Shown: one piece after another, positions 12,683-24,869 of the stretch
Numbering within the stretch: position 1 is the first letter of the stretch
Layout of the letters: every line of letters begins with the position of its first letter
Source of the DNA: Diplonema japonicum
Taxonomy: Eukaryota > Protista > Euglenozoa: Diplonemea
Assembly (NCBI GenBank): GCA_964019335.1
Contig: OZ025648.1
Span: forward strand, 930,001-994,000
Direction of reading: 5' to 3'
DNA length: 64,000 nucleotides
Position numbers and translations under genes: made by a program
The notes under the pieces: model-generated
Databases searched by the model: none
What the model saw: the letters and a program-made list of their open reading frames with translations, nothing else
What the model was told of the DNA's origin: nothing

Positions 12683-13045
12683 GTAGCTTTTTGTAGGCTG
12701 CGAAGCCGTATCCCTCTCTTATCTTTTTATTCTTCTTCCTCTCCTTCCCTTATCCAACCCTTAAAGAAAAAAAAGAAAAAGAATCAACAGAATCAAAGAA
12801 AGGAAAAAGAGCATAGCCATTCTTATTGAACTGCTAAGTCCTTGAAAACTTCTTTATTTCGTTCTTTCTTTCCACGCCCCTCCCACCGTCCCATTCTCCC
12901 TTTTTTGTAGAGCCCATTTTTCTCTCTTTTCTTTTTTTCCATTCTTCTTTTCACCCACCCCACCACATTCGCTCCAACCCACGTCCATTTATTTTTGCCC
13001 CTACTTTTATTTTTTACAATCCCAACAATCAATCAGGTGAAATAT

Positions 13046-13966
13046 ATGTACACAGATGTAGGAGGGAGCGTAGCGGGCAAGGGATATCTACATCCATCCG
13101 TGGGCATAGGATTGAGAACTCAGCCTCGACCATTTAGGCCTTATGAAGGTGTGGATGTGGAGTTGGGAAACGCGAAGGTGGAACTGGCCGCAGCGAAGCA
13201 GAGAATGAAGTTGAGGGGGTCGTCGGTTTCACCGGTGAAAGTAAGTCGGCAGCCAGAGTTTATTACGAATAAGAATGGGTTTGCTGTAGGGGTGATAAAA
13301 AGGGAAATGCGACCGGAACCCAGACGACAGACCATTGAATCGGTTCCACCTTCACGGCCTCTTTCAACACCTTACGACACACGGTCCGCTGTGAAACTGG
13401 TCATTCCAGACAGAACAAACAGCCCTCCTCCTTACAACGCATTGGACGACGTGGAAACATTCCCATTAGTGCCGCGAACACCATCGACTTCGTCTCCTCC
13501 GTCACAGTACGAACCGGTTCAGACGCCAGCGCTCTGTCTCGGAGAGGAGGTGTGGGTACCCGATGAGGACACTGTGCGGAACCACGCGACACTTATCAAC
13601 GCATGTAAGTGGTTGGTCAATGCCCCGTTGCTCAGTAAGTTTTGCAACAAAACAGCCGCGATCAGCCACCTTTCTCCTCTTATCGCGACCTGTTACTTTG
13701 CAGACAGCGACGAAGAGATCTTTCTGCCTATCACTCTCTTCTCAAAATCCGGCCGGGAACTCGTGGAGCGTCGCGGTGTTCTAAGGAGCAGACGGCCCTA
13801 CCAAGACCACATTAGCGACACAACAGCATCCACGTCACTCCCCCCCACTCCCCAGTCTCTTCCGCTCACCCCTGTTCCATATAACCCTGTTCCGCATGAC
13901 GCTGTCCGTTGGGATGAGTTCCCGGGAGAGAATATCATCCCTCTTATTAGCAGCCCACGGCATTGA
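13046..13966 (+). CDS. Pro/Ser-rich protein of unknown function
   Basis: ORF of about 306 codons after a pyrimidine tract and AG; coding-like composition. Confidence 0.65.
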   Translation: MYTDVGGSVAGKGYLHPSVGIGLRTQPRPFRPYEGVDVELGNAKVELAAAKQRMKLRGSSVSPVKVSRQPEFITNKNGFAVGVIKREMRPEPRRQTIESVPPSRPLSTPYDTRSAVKLVIPDRTNSPPPYNALDDVETFPLVPRTPSTSSPPSQYEPVQTPALCLGEEVWVPDEDTVRNHATLINACKWLVNAPLLSKFCNKTAAISHLSPLIATCYFADSDEEIFLPITLFSKSGRELVERRGVLRSRRPYQDHISDTTASTSLPPTPQSLPLTPVPYNPVPHDAVRWDEFPGENIIPLISSPRH

Positions 13967-14136
13967 TGAAAAAAAAACAAAGTTGAATGCACCACACACG
14001 TCTTTTCCCGCCTTAAGTATATGGGCTCGATTTAAGGAATAATATGTCACCAAGCAAGGCTAACGCGTTCGAACCTTACCGGTTCCACAGTATTTCTTCT
14101 TTTTCCTTTCCAAGTGTTGAGTGAGAAAACCACAAT

Positions 14137-14365
14137 AGGATTGATACACTACACTAAAAGAAAGAGGGAACCATGACCTTCAAGGTGTGCTTCACCGGTG
14201 CCAACATGGCAGACATCGACGACCAGCTGCACACGCTGCAGGGGACCTGTGGGCCGAAGCCGCCCAAGCTCGCCCCCCCTCCGCCTCCTCCGTCCCTGCA
14301 CAAAACACACCTGGCACCGACCGCGAAGATGCTTAAAGGCCACCTCGAGTCCATGAAGCACCACT
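14137..14365 (+). repeat. 229-bp exact dispersed duplication (partner 26159-26387)
   Basis: Base-by-base comparison shows identity at an offset of 12,022 bp. Confidence 0.95.
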
Positions 14366-14367
14366 GA
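14173..14367 (+). CDS. 64-aa Pro-rich micro-protein, copy 1
   Basis: MTFKVCFTGANMADIDDQLH...KHH, identical to 26195-26389; GC-rich coding-like codon use. Confidence 0.5.
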   Translation: MTFKVCFTGANMADIDDQLHTLQGTCGPKPPKLAPPPPPPSLHKTHLAPTAKMLKGHLESMKHH

Positions 14368-14531
14368 TCTGAAGGTCCAAAGAAAGCACTCCCCTTTCCT
14401 CTTCTATTTATTGAACACTTACCCGATATTATACCCAACAAACACTTTTTTTTTTCTTACTTCTTTTTCTGCTTTTGCTTCTTCTTGAAACCCACTTGAA
14501 ACCCGACTGTCAGGGGGCGGGGAAGAAAGAA

Positions 14532-17500
14532 ATGATTATTAAGGTAGCAGCAGACAGGGAGCTGCTGCAAGAAGGCGGGTGTGATGTGAAAGAACTCGTG
14601 TGGACATTGGGGGCGTCACAGGCATTTCTAGTAGCCGTGCCGGCGTTGAAGAAACAACTAAGGATAGTGACGATAACATCGGGGTTTACCGAGCATGGTT
14701 ATGACCTTTACACGGTAAGGCACACACAAGAAGGACCTGTACCTGACAGGCTGATTGACATCACGGAGACGCCGGATATGTACGGGATGAGGAGTGGGAG
14801 TTGGGTATATGTGAAAAGGCTTCCCGTGTCTATGATGACAGCTGTGCTAACAAAGGAGGTCGTGAAGTGTGGGGAGCCGTTTGAGGTTTTGGTCCGTGCC
14901 ACAGATTCGCGGAACAACGCTCGCCCGCTCCCGTCAGGCGGCCGTGTTCGCCTGTTCCCAAAGTTACTGAACCCTACCCCTTTGAATTCTTCGACGGAGC
15001 TCCTTGGTGATCTGACCCAAGGAACCGGTGATGGGCGGCAGGTTGAGTTCCATTTCTCTGGCCTCCGCATCGAGCACTCCGGGAAGTACATCATCCGAAC
15101 AGAGCACACCGCTTCCTCCGGGCAGACCCCCGTCGACCCAGGAAGCACCAAGATCCTCACCGTCTCTTCAGAACCCTTCCCCACCATCTCCGTGTGCAGC
15201 ATTAAGAACATCGGTGTCTACGCGTTTGAATTCCGCTTTGTGTCCTCGCACCACGGTCACTTCTGTTACATGATCTTCAGGAAGGATAACCCCGCGCACA
15301 AGGCCATCCGCGTGCAGGACATCAAAAAGCAATCATCGCGAGCCATCGATATCGAGAGGAACAAGGGCGCGATGCTGATGCGGGAGCGCGGGGTCGAGCA
15401 AGGCGAAGGATGCAGCGTGGTACCTGGGTGTTTGGGAGCCGGTATCCTAGATGTCATACCCGGGTTGCAAACTGCACAGGTTGTGTTCAAACCCATCATC
15501 GACGATACATATGTCGTGCTGGCTATGACAGACAACTGCGCAGGAACAAACCCCAACGAAGAGCTGATCCAGTGTGACGTCTTGGCCACTGAATCACACC
15601 CGCTTACCCCGCTCCTTACAAATACTGAGGTTCAAAGCACACCCAGCGGGAAGGGTGGGTTGAAGTTCACCTTCGACGCTTCGGAGGCGGGTAACATCCA
15701 CTACATCGTCACCTTAGAGAACGTGTACCATCCTGTCGAGGCCGAGGAGGTCATCACCGATGTCAAAAATGGCACGCAAGTGTACGGGATGGTGGCATCG
15801 GGTTCGCTCTCCGTCGGACGGGGTCTAGGCCACTCCACCTTCCTTTTCGTTGAAGGATTGGAACCAGGGGTTTTGTATGACTTCTGGTGGGCGGCCGAAC
15901 CCTTGCAGTACATCGAAGGCGTTCACCGTAAACCACCACCGCAAGGCGCTGTGAAGCTCCTCCCACCACCTGAGAGGCTGGCCGTCGTTGTACCGTACGC
16001 CGACCCTCCTCACATAACATCTTTCTCGCTGCTCCCTGTTGATGGTAGGTTAGCCATTCGCGTTCATTTTGAAACGGACTGCCCCGGTACAGTGTACTTC
16101 ATGTTGGTGACCGCCGGCCGTGGGCATCTTATCACGCCCGCAGTGCTCACATCAATGGTGAGGACAGGGTTGCCTGATGCTAGGCCTGAAGTGATATCTG
16201 TGTGCAAATTTGCAGCTTTATCATCAGGACCTCATAGCCTTGTCGTTTCACACCCCGTCCCGAAGGAGCTCACCGGCGCTCAGTTCACGCAAAAGCTCGA
16301 GCCCGAAACTGCGTACGAAGGGTTTTTCCTCAGCGACAACACGATGGGGAACAACCCCGGGCTGAAGATATCGCAGGGGTACCCTGTGGTGCTGCCTGAA
16401 GTGATTGAACTTGCGGGGGATATGGAAACGGACGAGGAATCCGAAGAGCCTGATAAGCCGGAGTCTGTTCAGGAAGCGATCAAGGCGGTGGAGTTCGAAG
16501 TGGAGGAAGAAGAAGCCGCGGACAGCATAATAGGGGGTTATGAAGGGTCTGAAAGACGGCCTGATTTAGAAGCCCTGCAGTCTTTGTTTTCACGCGATGT
16601 CCTCCTTGAGGATCACACGGTGCTTCCATACCACGGCGCGGCGGCGTTACAAGACGCTTTTGCAAACTCTGAGATGTCTGCTAAGCTCGACGCAAGGATG
16701 CTTCGTGATCAGTTCGTGTACACCCAGCAGCGGGTGCTTGATCTTGAAACCACATTGAGCACCTGCAAACAAACACTGGGCGCAAATCTACAGGAAACCG
16801 GATTGTTTGCAAAACGCCTCAAAGACCTGCAGCAGGAGCTCAACGCGAAGAAAGCGTTAAAAAAAGGTTTGGAAAAATGGAAAGCGGAGCACAATGACAT
16901 GGTGAAGGAACAAGTTCTGGCCGAGAAACGTGAAATTGAAAAGGAGATCGAGCTGGTGCTCGAGGGAAATAGGCAGTGGGAGGAGAGGGTTCAGGAAACA
17001 GAAGAATGCAACAAGATCTTGTCGGAGATGATCGAGAAGTTAGAACAGAAGAGGAAGGATTTCATCAAATCGTTGGAAGAGCGGTGTGTGTATCACAAGA
17101 CGGAGTTGAAGAGGTCGAAGGATCGCATGGATGAGGTGCTTGCTTTGAGGAAAGTGAAGGAAGAGCAGGATTTTGAAATTGCAAAGTTGACCGAGCGAAT
17201 AGATTTCTTGGTTGTAGATGTCAAACCAGAACAGGAACGGACCAAAGAACACCGAGATGTTCGTGAGCTGGAAGAACCTGAGCCGAGCATCATCACGCGT
17301 GCCCTTGTCATCCCGAAGGGCGGCCTCCGCGTCCTCACTACTGTGAACGGTACAGGCCTCCAAGCCCTTCGGTTCCAGCACCATGTCAACGCCGAGGTTG
17401 TTAATGTCGGTGGGACAGAGAACGAGCTCCGTGTCACAGGAGAGTCCTCCAACGTCTTACAGTTCATTAAAGAGATCGAAGAAATCTACGAGGAGCTGAA

Positions 17501-17540
17501 GCGCTCCACCCCCGGCCCCCCTAGAGCCCCCATATTTTAG
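14532..17540 (+). CDS. ~1000-aa protein with Ig/FN3-like beta repeats and a C-terminal coiled coil
   Basis: Three related segments (FRFVSSHHGHFCYMIF, FTFDASEAGNIHYIV, VHFETDCPGTVYFMLV), with downstream GLEPGVLYDF / LEPETAYEGF motifs; acidic linker; coiled coil. Confidence 0.8.
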   Translation: MIIKVAADRELLQEGGCDVKELVWTLGASQAFLVAVPALKKQLRIVTITSGFTEHGYDLYTVRHTQEGPVPDRLIDITETPDMYGMRSGSWVYVKRLPVSMMTAVLTKEVVKCGEPFEVLVRATDSRNNARPLPSGGRVRLFPKLLNPTPLNSSTELLGDLTQGTGDGRQVEFHFSGLRIEHSGKYIIRTEHTASSGQTPVDPGSTKILTVSSEPFPTISVCSIKNIGVYAFEFRFVSSHHGHFCYMIFRKDNPAHKAIRVQDIKKQSSRAIDIERNKGAMLMRERGVEQGEGCSVVPGCLGAGILDVIPGLQTAQVVFKPIIDDTYVVLAMTDNCAGTNPNEELIQCDVLATESHPLTPLLTNTEVQSTPSGKGGLKFTFDASEAGNIHYIVTLENVYHPVEAEEVITDVKNGTQVYGMVASGSLSVGRGLGHSTFLFVEGLEPGVLYDFWWAAEPLQYIEGVHRKPPPQGAVKLLPPPERLAVVVPYADPPHITSFSLLPVDGRLAIRVHFETDCPGTVYFMLVTAGRGHLITPAVLTSMVRTGLPDARPEVISVCKFAALSSGPHSLVVSHPVPKELTGAQFTQKLEPETAYEGFFLSDNTMGNNPGLKISQGYPVVLPEVIELAGDMETDEESEEPDKPESVQEAIKAVEFEVEEEEAADSIIGGYEGSERRPDLEALQSLFSRDVLLEDHTVLPYHGAAALQDAFANSEMSAKLDARMLRDQFVYTQQRVLDLETTLSTCKQTLGANLQETGLFAKRLKDLQQELNAKKALKKGLEKWKAEHNDMVKEQVLAEKREIEKEIELVLEGNRQWEERVQETEECNKILSEMIEKLEQKRKDFIKSLEERCVYHKTELKRSKDRMDEVLALRKVKEEQDFEIAKLTERIDFLVVDVKPEQERTKEHRDVRELEEPEPSIITRALVIPKGGLRVLTTVNGTGLQALRFQHHVNAEVVNVGGTENELRVTGESSNVLQFIKEIEEIYEELKRSTPGPPRAPIF

Positions 17541-17635
17541 ATACCAGTTATTTGTTTGTATTCCCCCTTTTTAATGGTTTTTTTATTTTTTATTTTTTTA
17601 TAATAATCGTATTCCTATCCATCTCTCCAAGGACC

Positions 17636-18679
17636 ATGTTCCGCACCACACGATGTCTGTTGGATCAGAAGCTCGGCAAGGAGGTCCGGGTGGCGTTGAA
17701 GGCGATGAAAGTCGACATGCGTGTCTCAAGGCAAGAGTTGAAATTGAAATACCGAGATCTTGCAAAGAAATACCACCCTGATTTGAACCAGGGAAACGAT
17801 GAGATGATGAAGGAGCTGAATAAGGCGTACGGAGTGGTAGACACATACCTGGAAACAAGGGTTTTTGCGAAGGGAAAAACGGACGAAAAAAAACCACGAC
17901 GGGACGAACAAAGATCGGAGAAGAAGAAAGAGGTGACCTTGGTCGAACAGCTAGCGCGGTGGATGCGCGAAGGGGACACCAACATCCAGAACCCTTTGAA
18001 AGAGTTCAACGAGTATGTAACAAAGGCCGACGATCAGAAGCTGCGCGAAGTAATGGGAAGCGAAGAGGACGAGCTGAAATGGGCAGAACAGTTCCAAGCT
18101 GAACAGTTGCAAAAAGCACAAAAGAAAAATGAATGGAAGTTCAACTCCAAAAGGTACACCGGTTCGAATCCATTTGACCGACACTCTCCTGACGCTTCCG
18201 CAGAACGGTTGAGAAACATCACCTTGTTAGACCCGGACATGTACTGGCAGCAGCCCTTGACACCCCCTTCCGCACCACAAGGTAGCTTTCCAACACGGAG
18301 CAATCCACACATTGCCCTTGTTAGTGAGAGGCGGAAGGAGAAATTCTTCAACGCAACAGCTTGGAAACTGATTGACGAGGAGAGATCGGCCGCAAAGCGA
18401 AGGGCAGCGCTTCGATCTGTGAAGTACTTCAACTACCTGCGTCGTGCGGAGCCTGTCGGGCTCGCTGCGTTGGAGAAGAAAACAGAACTTCTACACGAAG
18501 CAGCCGTCCAAAGAGTCTCTCTCCCAGAAGTGTCTGGTGATGTCTCAAGCCATGGCACCCGCGCTCCCTTGAAAATGAGGAAGTCGAAGTCACTAGTGAC
18601 ATTCACATCGCGGGACCACGGAGGCAACCCTGTCACGGTGACAATGAACAAGGCAAAATTTTTAAGCAGCGGTGTTTGA
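17636..18679 (+). CDS. DnaJ (J-domain) protein, probably mitochondrial
   Basis: MFRTTRCLL presequence-like start; ELKLKYRDLAKKYHPDLN...MKELNKAY J-domain with HPD. Confidence 0.9.
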   Translation: MFRTTRCLLDQKLGKEVRVALKAMKVDMRVSRQELKLKYRDLAKKYHPDLNQGNDEMMKELNKAYGVVDTYLETRVFAKGKTDEKKPRRDEQRSEKKKEVTLVEQLARWMREGDTNIQNPLKEFNEYVTKADDQKLREVMGSEEDELKWAEQFQAEQLQKAQKKNEWKFNSKRYTGSNPFDRHSPDASAERLRNITLLDPDMYWQQPLTPPSAPQGSFPTRSNPHIALVSERRKEKFFNATAWKLIDEERSAAKRRAALRSVKYFNYLRRAEPVGLAALEKKTELLHEAAVQRVSLPEVSGDVSSHGTRAPLKMRKSKSLVTFTSRDHGGNPVTVTMNKAKFLSSGV

Positions 18680-18727
18680 AGTAGTTCATATTTGTTTTCT
18701 TCTTTCCCTTTAAACCCTTAAAAAGTG

Positions 18728-19932
18728 ATGTCATATGACCTTTGCAACGGGAACAGTTCATGGCCCAGCCCGCCCTGCCCCGATATGAAAGACGGGCGGC
18801 ATCTTATACAATGGGCCGCATCGCGGCCTTACCCTTCCACGTGTACTTACACAACAGTGGAGACGATGTCGGTGGTGATGGGGATGCTGAGTATATTGTT
18901 CTGGATGATGGTCACGATGCCGCAGCTTTGGGTGAACTACAAAACTAAACAGGCAGAGGGTCTGAGTATATTCTTCTTGCTGCAGTGGTTCGGCGGGGAC
19001 ATCACGAACCTCGCGGGGTGCTTCCTCACAAAGCAGACGGCGTCGCAGACGTTCCTCGCCATGTATTATGTAATGCAGGACATCTGCCTCACCTCGCAGT
19101 TCATATATTACACAAGAATTTACAAACGGGAAGACGGCAACGATGAAAGCTCAACGGTCGCTGCCTCCCCGAGCAAACAAACAACTTTAGGCGACCTACG
19201 AAGAGGCATCAACAACAACGACGACGATCCAGCCACACCGTCTGTCAAACAGGTCTTCACACGAAGCGGTTCCTACGTCCTCGCATCATCGAAGTCACCA
19301 CCCGGCGTGGTTTTGAAGGGAGCGTTGGTAATTCTGCTGTGCTCTACGGGAGGGTTGATAACAGCAGGGCTGAATCAAAACCCTGCCAGTGAAGGGCAGT
19401 TCACACCGTCTAGAAGACTTCTTCAACAACACGATTCAGACACAGACTCCTCTCCCAGTATGTCGGCAGAGCAGTACTACATTGGGATCGCTATTGGATG
19501 GCTTTCAGCTGCTTTGTACTTATGCTCGCGTGTGCCGCAGTTGGTTAAGAATTGGAAACGCGGGTCAACAGATGGATTGTCGCCTGTTATGTTCACAATG
19601 GCCGTGTGTGCAAATGTGACGTACTTTTTAGGGATGATTTTGTTGGACTCTTCTGCAGATGCTGTGCAGTGTCATCTGCCGTGGATCGTCGGTTCCCTCG
19701 GTACTGTTCAGTTTGACGTTCTGGCTTTGTTCCAGTTTCTCTACTACAACATGAAGAACAAGCAGGGTTGTAAGGGGGAACTGGAGGAAGACACCGACCC
19801 AAACAAGGAAGGTAAAATATCCGATATATTCATCCCCGAACCCGAAGAAGAGAAAACACCGATGATTCTGCATCATGAAGCACGTGGACACCCCATCCGA
19901 ACAGGGTACTACGGGAGGCTCGGAGTTTTTTG

Positions 19933-19933
<1 letters not shown>
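18728..19933 (+). CDS. PQ-loop lysosomal/vacuolar amino-acid transporter (PQLC2/Ypq-like)
   Basis: Two PQ loops (MPQLWVNYKTKQAEGLS; SRVPQLVKNWKRGSTDGLS), W..GD..NL motif, LPWIVGSLGTV.FD. Confidence 0.9.
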
Positions 19934-19968
<35 letters not shown>

Positions 19969-20495
19969 GTATCAACAACGGATGTATCCGAGAAATAGAA
20001 TGGGAGGGAGATAAACAAAAGAAGAGAAAAAAAAAAGAAATTGCTACTATGCAGAAAAAAAAAATAATTTTTTCATTTTTTTTTTTCCAAATGTTCTCTG
20101 TTCTGTTTTTTTTTTTTTTTTTTTTTTTTTCCCGCTCAGGGGGAAGACATACAATGCAATCTCTTATACAGCACCCTGCCCCCGCGCTGTCCCTTCCCCC
20201 CTGAAACTTCTTTCTCCTAGGCTCTATCCAGGAGGTCGCTAATAAAACGTAAGACCCCAGTTCAAGAAACACGCATCATTTCTTTTCATTTACCCCCCCC
20301 CCCCCTCCCATCTTATCTATCTCAATGTATTTTTTGCATTCTTTAAAATCCCAAATAATCAAAACTAACAAAATAATACCCCAAAGGTTGGGAGGAGGGA
20401 GGCGAGGGAGGGGGGGTTTTTTTTACGAAAAAACCGGCAAAGAAAAAAAGAAAGGGAAAAAAAAAAGAGAGAGCCAAAAAAAAATATATATATCA

Positions 20496-21321
20496 ATGGG
20501 GTGCTGCGGGAGCTCAGATGGAAAGCCGCCTGTGGCGAAGCAAGTAGCTCCACCTTCGAAACAGGTAAAGAAACAACCAGTGACAAACGCCAAGGCGACA
20601 AAAGCGGTAGATGTACCAGAGAAACCAGAACCTGTGTCGCCTCCCACGAAAAACCCGAAGGAGGAGGCGGTGGTGACACAGCACAACAACAACGAGGCTG
20701 ACCTCATCAGCAACACTGCGAAGGATACAACGGTGCCTGAGGATCAAGCAGGGCAGCACCCCCGGCGGTCGGTTCCAACGATCCCCCGCCTTGACGTGGG
20801 GAAAGCCATGGAGCTGCAGTACAAACAAGCTAAGGAAATGATCGAGGGCGTCGGCGAAGAAGAGGAAGACGAGGAAAGCGGTTCCCTTCCACCGACCCCA
20901 CATTCTGCTGGAGAAGACATCGACAACAGAGACTGGCAAGCTTCGCCCATTCAAATCCATCGGGACAGTTCTGCTGGCGTGCAAGGACTTAATGAAACGG
21001 TCGTTGGCATCAACGACACCACCACAGGAACCGAGGTCCGAGGGGTGGGCGTCCTTTCATCGACAAAGCGTACGAACGCCGACGACCTCGAAGAAGAAGA
21101 AGAAGAAGAGGAAGAGGAAGAGGAGGAAGTACAAGAACAAGAAGAACCACCTGCCGTCGAAAGCAACGAACCGACAAAACCTTCAGAGGAACCAGAAGAA
21201 ATATGCAAGAAAGAAGAAGATGTAAAAGAAGAGAAACCCTTCGAACCGGAAAGCAGCCAACCGCTTGACATAAAGCAGGTCGAGATACCTGAAGAAGAAG
21301 GCCCACCATCGCAGAACGAAA

Positions 21322-21370
<49 letters not shown>

Positions 21371-22841
21371 CGTCGAAATCGAGCTGTGCGAGGGTGGCAT
21401 AGGGTACATTGTGGAGAAGAAAGACATAGATCAGGAAGAGGACGATGAAGAAGCCGACTCACCATCAGAACAGGAGTCTGGTCCTCCCAATACCACAGGC
21501 ATCACTATCCAAGTACAGGAAGAACTGAGCGTATCTTTGGACGTAGACCAAACGCCATCCCCACCGAAGGTAGAAACACCAAGAACCGAATCCCCAAAAT
21601 CAGAGGAACCCAGTGCCAGCGAGGACGGAGGGGAAGGGGAGTGGTTGGTAAGACCTGGAGAAAGCCCGGGGGCTGCAAAATCACAGGCTGAACTAGCACA
21701 GGAACGAGAAATCTTGAAAAAGTACGAAGCGAACATCAAGGAGGCCAGTGATGATGATGACGAGGACGATGATGCTCCACCGGAGCCACTCCCTCCTCCT
21801 AAGCCTGTTCTCAACAACACTGCAAGGGGTACAGGATTGTCTAGGTTAACGCAGCTTTCATCCTCGCGAAAGAGCATCGGGAGCACAGCGACCGACGGGG
21901 CCTCGCGAGCAAGCACCGCACCAAGCCACATCCAGACAGTCCCATTGGGGGAAGAGAGCACCTTCCTGGTGGGGAAGATACCCTGTATCGACCTGCGGAA
22001 CACAAGGTTCACAGACCCCGAGAGAGGCATACAGGCCATCAACGATGTTGTTAACCTCCATCCCAACACTGTGAAGCAGTTTCAAATGGGTTTGGACACA
22101 GTCGAGGGTGAGGTTATGTGCAAGGCGTTGTCGGCATGTTATAACCTTGAGGTGTTGGACCTGACCGGGTGCCGGTTTGGGTCCCACTCGGGTGTGGAGC
22201 AGCTCTGCAAGTTGATCTCGCAAAACCCCGAGCTCAGGGAACTTCAACTGTCGTACTGCGGAGTGGAAGGCGCCGGGTTCGAGGGTTTGGTGAAGCAGGT
22301 TTTCAAATCGAAAAAACTGAAATTTTTAGGCCTCCGTGGGAACATGCTGAAACTAGCTGGTGTGGAGGTGATGCACAGATGCATACCTGCTGGGTTCGAA
22401 TTGGCACATTTGGACCTTTCTGCGACCGGGCTTGATGGCAAGGCGGTTCGAAGTGTTGGAATGTTGGTCCGAAAGCTCAAAAGACTGTGCAAGTTGTCGT
22501 TATCTGGGAACGTTTTCGGTGTGGAGGGCTCCGCGGCCTTGTCCTCCTTGTTTCTTTCCACCCCGTCTCTGAGGCTTGTGTGGCTTGAGTCTTGCTCTCT
22601 TCACCATGATTCACTCCGCCGTGTCCTTGCCCGTCAGAACACCACAGCCCTTCACAGGCCAGCCCCTTCCGATCTTGCTATTCCTCCCTCCAAACTCACT
22701 TTGTGCATCTTTGATAATTTCGCGCCAGAAGACGGTAGTCCCGACCAGGGTGCATCCGCCCCTTCTTTGCCTTCAACGCCGTCCTCTTCGCTTAAGGGCA
22801 GGTCTGCGAAGGAAAGGTTGAAGGGTGTTGTCGGGATGTGA
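20496..22841 (+). CDS. N-acylated (MGCCGS) acidic protein with C-terminal RNI-like leucine-rich repeats
   Basis: Gly2/Cys3/Cys4 motif, poly-Glu tracts, and LRRs LEVLDLTGC, LRELQLSYC, LKFLGLRGN, LAHLDLSAT, LCKLSLSGN. Confidence 0.85.
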
Positions 22842-23712
22842 GAGAGAACCCCTTTATTTTTTATTTTTATTTTGTTCTTTTAGATAGTTTTTTTTTGTGT
22901 GCAGATCCCCCCCCCGTCCCCTTCTTTTTTGAGTAGATTTCCCCACTTATCCCCCTTTTTTTTTTTAGGATTTAGATCCAAACCGTGTGACGGTCGTTAC
23001 AGCATCACAGCTATCTGCGATGGGGAGGTGGGAAGAAAACCGATGGGGAGGAGAGAGAGAGGAGTTGTAGGGAGTTAATGTTCCTGTTGCCCTTGTGGGT
23101 GTTATGGTGCATTCTCCAAAGCAAAAAGAGGTAGGAGAACAGAATAGGAAAAAAAAAAGAAGGGAACCCAGAAAACCTGCGTGTGTGAAAGGGAAAACAA
23201 AGTCATAAAACCAATAAAAATTGCCCCCCCCCCCCCCCCCCCTTCCCCCCATTCTTCATTTCTGTTTTGGCTTTTTGTTCCCTCTTCTCCCTTTTCCCCT
23301 TTTTTTTCCGTTTCAGCTCAGCGAAGGGCGACAAAGTCCAAAACTTCCGGGGGGGAGGGGGGGGGGGAGTAACATGAATAAAAAATGAGATTCCAAAATC
23401 CCGTATTTTCCCTTGTTAAAGGGGAAAAAAATCATTAAGGGTCAACGATTGTCAAAAAGAAAGGATTGTGCAGGGATAATGCAACTTACCATTGAAAAAA
23501 AGGGGGAGGGGGGAGGGGCACTATTCTTCATAATTCTCTCAGCAGAAGCTTTATATTTTTTTTGATCGTTTTTACAATTTTTTTTTTGGAAGAAAAAAAT
23601 CTGCCACCCCCCCCCCCCCCCTTCCCCCTCCTTTTGATCATATTATATCTTGTTCTCTCTCTCATTCTTTTGCTTCACCAATTTAAAAAAAAAAAGGAGG
23701 TGGTGGGGGGGA

Positions 23713-24729
23713 ATGCAAACAGACGATGGTTTCAGCGACACGACAAGCCTTCCACCATATTACGTAGAATCGCGAGCTACGTCCGAGTACTATGGGGAGT
23801 TGACCGACGAGGACCCCAACCTTGCTGAAACGGTCAAAACCAAGAATGTCTTGGTAAGGCTAGTTCTAATAAGCCTCGACCTACCCTTGGGCAGCTCTGC
23901 ACAGGGACAGTTCAAACTGTCATACAAAGGCTTCGACCACCATCAGGGCGAAACAACGCTGGAACAGGTCCGGTCTTCAAAGATCGTCTTCCACACCGCA
24001 ATAAACACAGTTGTGACCAAAGGATGGGACACTACCCTGTCAGACCTCGTTCTGAGTGTATTAGACAGCTCGGGGAGAATGATGGGAGGTGGCTGCATCC
24101 CCGTCCCGACACAATACGGGGAAACAAATCGAAAGATCACCGTGAACAGTTTAGGTTGGTCTATCAACTACAAGATCAGTAAGGAACCGGTTGAGATCGA
24201 CGTCTCCAGGTCCGTAAAACCGCTTTCAAATACCGACACCTTCGAAGTGCCACCTTTACGGAATTCCATGTTTACGTCTACAATGGCGTCTACCAAGGGG
24301 GGTGGTGTTGCTGCAGCGTCTGTCGTTGTTGATAATTGGTTTTACGGTAACAAAGCAGCGAATGGAATGCCGATAGGATGCCGGCCTCCTCCGGACCCTG
24401 CTACGGAACTTCTTTTGTCGTTTTCTTCGGCGAGTGTGTTGGGGTTTTCCGTGCCGTGTTTCCTTGTTAAGTCCGTGGTCATCGTAAAGCCCTCGGATAC
24501 CCCCAGCACTTACATTCTCATTGCCGCCCGGACGGGGCATTCTCTCCTCATCACAACGCAAGACCCCCCATCGTCGCTTAGACGATTTGCTTCATTTGCG
24601 TCTTCTCACCTTCAAAACTCTGTCCACACCTTCATCGAAGGGGGAAAGCCTGCGGACGACGCGTTCACATTGTTGGTCAAGACCGCCAGCGACTGTACTT
24701 ACCACCCTGTAGATTTAGAGGGGGATTGA
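23713..24729 (+). CDS. Protein of unknown function (possible C2-like beta domain)
   Basis: ORF of about 338 codons with normal coding composition; the C2 resemblance is weak. Confidence 0.65.
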   Translation: MQTDDGFSDTTSLPPYYVESRATSEYYGELTDEDPNLAETVKTKNVLVRLVLISLDLPLGSSAQGQFKLSYKGFDHHQGETTLEQVRSSKIVFHTAINTVVTKGWDTTLSDLVLSVLDSSGRMMGGGCIPVPTQYGETNRKITVNSLGWSINYKISKEPVEIDVSRSVKPLSNTDTFEVPPLRNSMFTSTMASTKGGGVAAASVVVDNWFYGNKAANGMPIGCRPPPDPATELLLSFSSASVLGFSVPCFLVKSVVIVKPSDTPSTYILIAARTGHSLLITTQDPPSSLRRFASFASSHLQNSVHTFIEGGKPADDAFTLLVKTASDCTYHPVDLEGD

Positions 24730-24798
24730 AAGAAAAAAAAAAGATTTTCCCCCTCGTTGTTGTATAAACATATTTTTTTTTTTGTTTCTTTTGAAGAG

Positions 24799-24846
<48 letters not shown>

Positions 24847-24869
24847 GAGGGGGAAAGGAGACTAATGCG

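Noticed and set aside
22968-23208. Short coding-like stretch (MFLLPLWVLWCILQ...) after a T-tract AG
   Set aside because: Very short, would need a 32-nt intron, and has no motif support.
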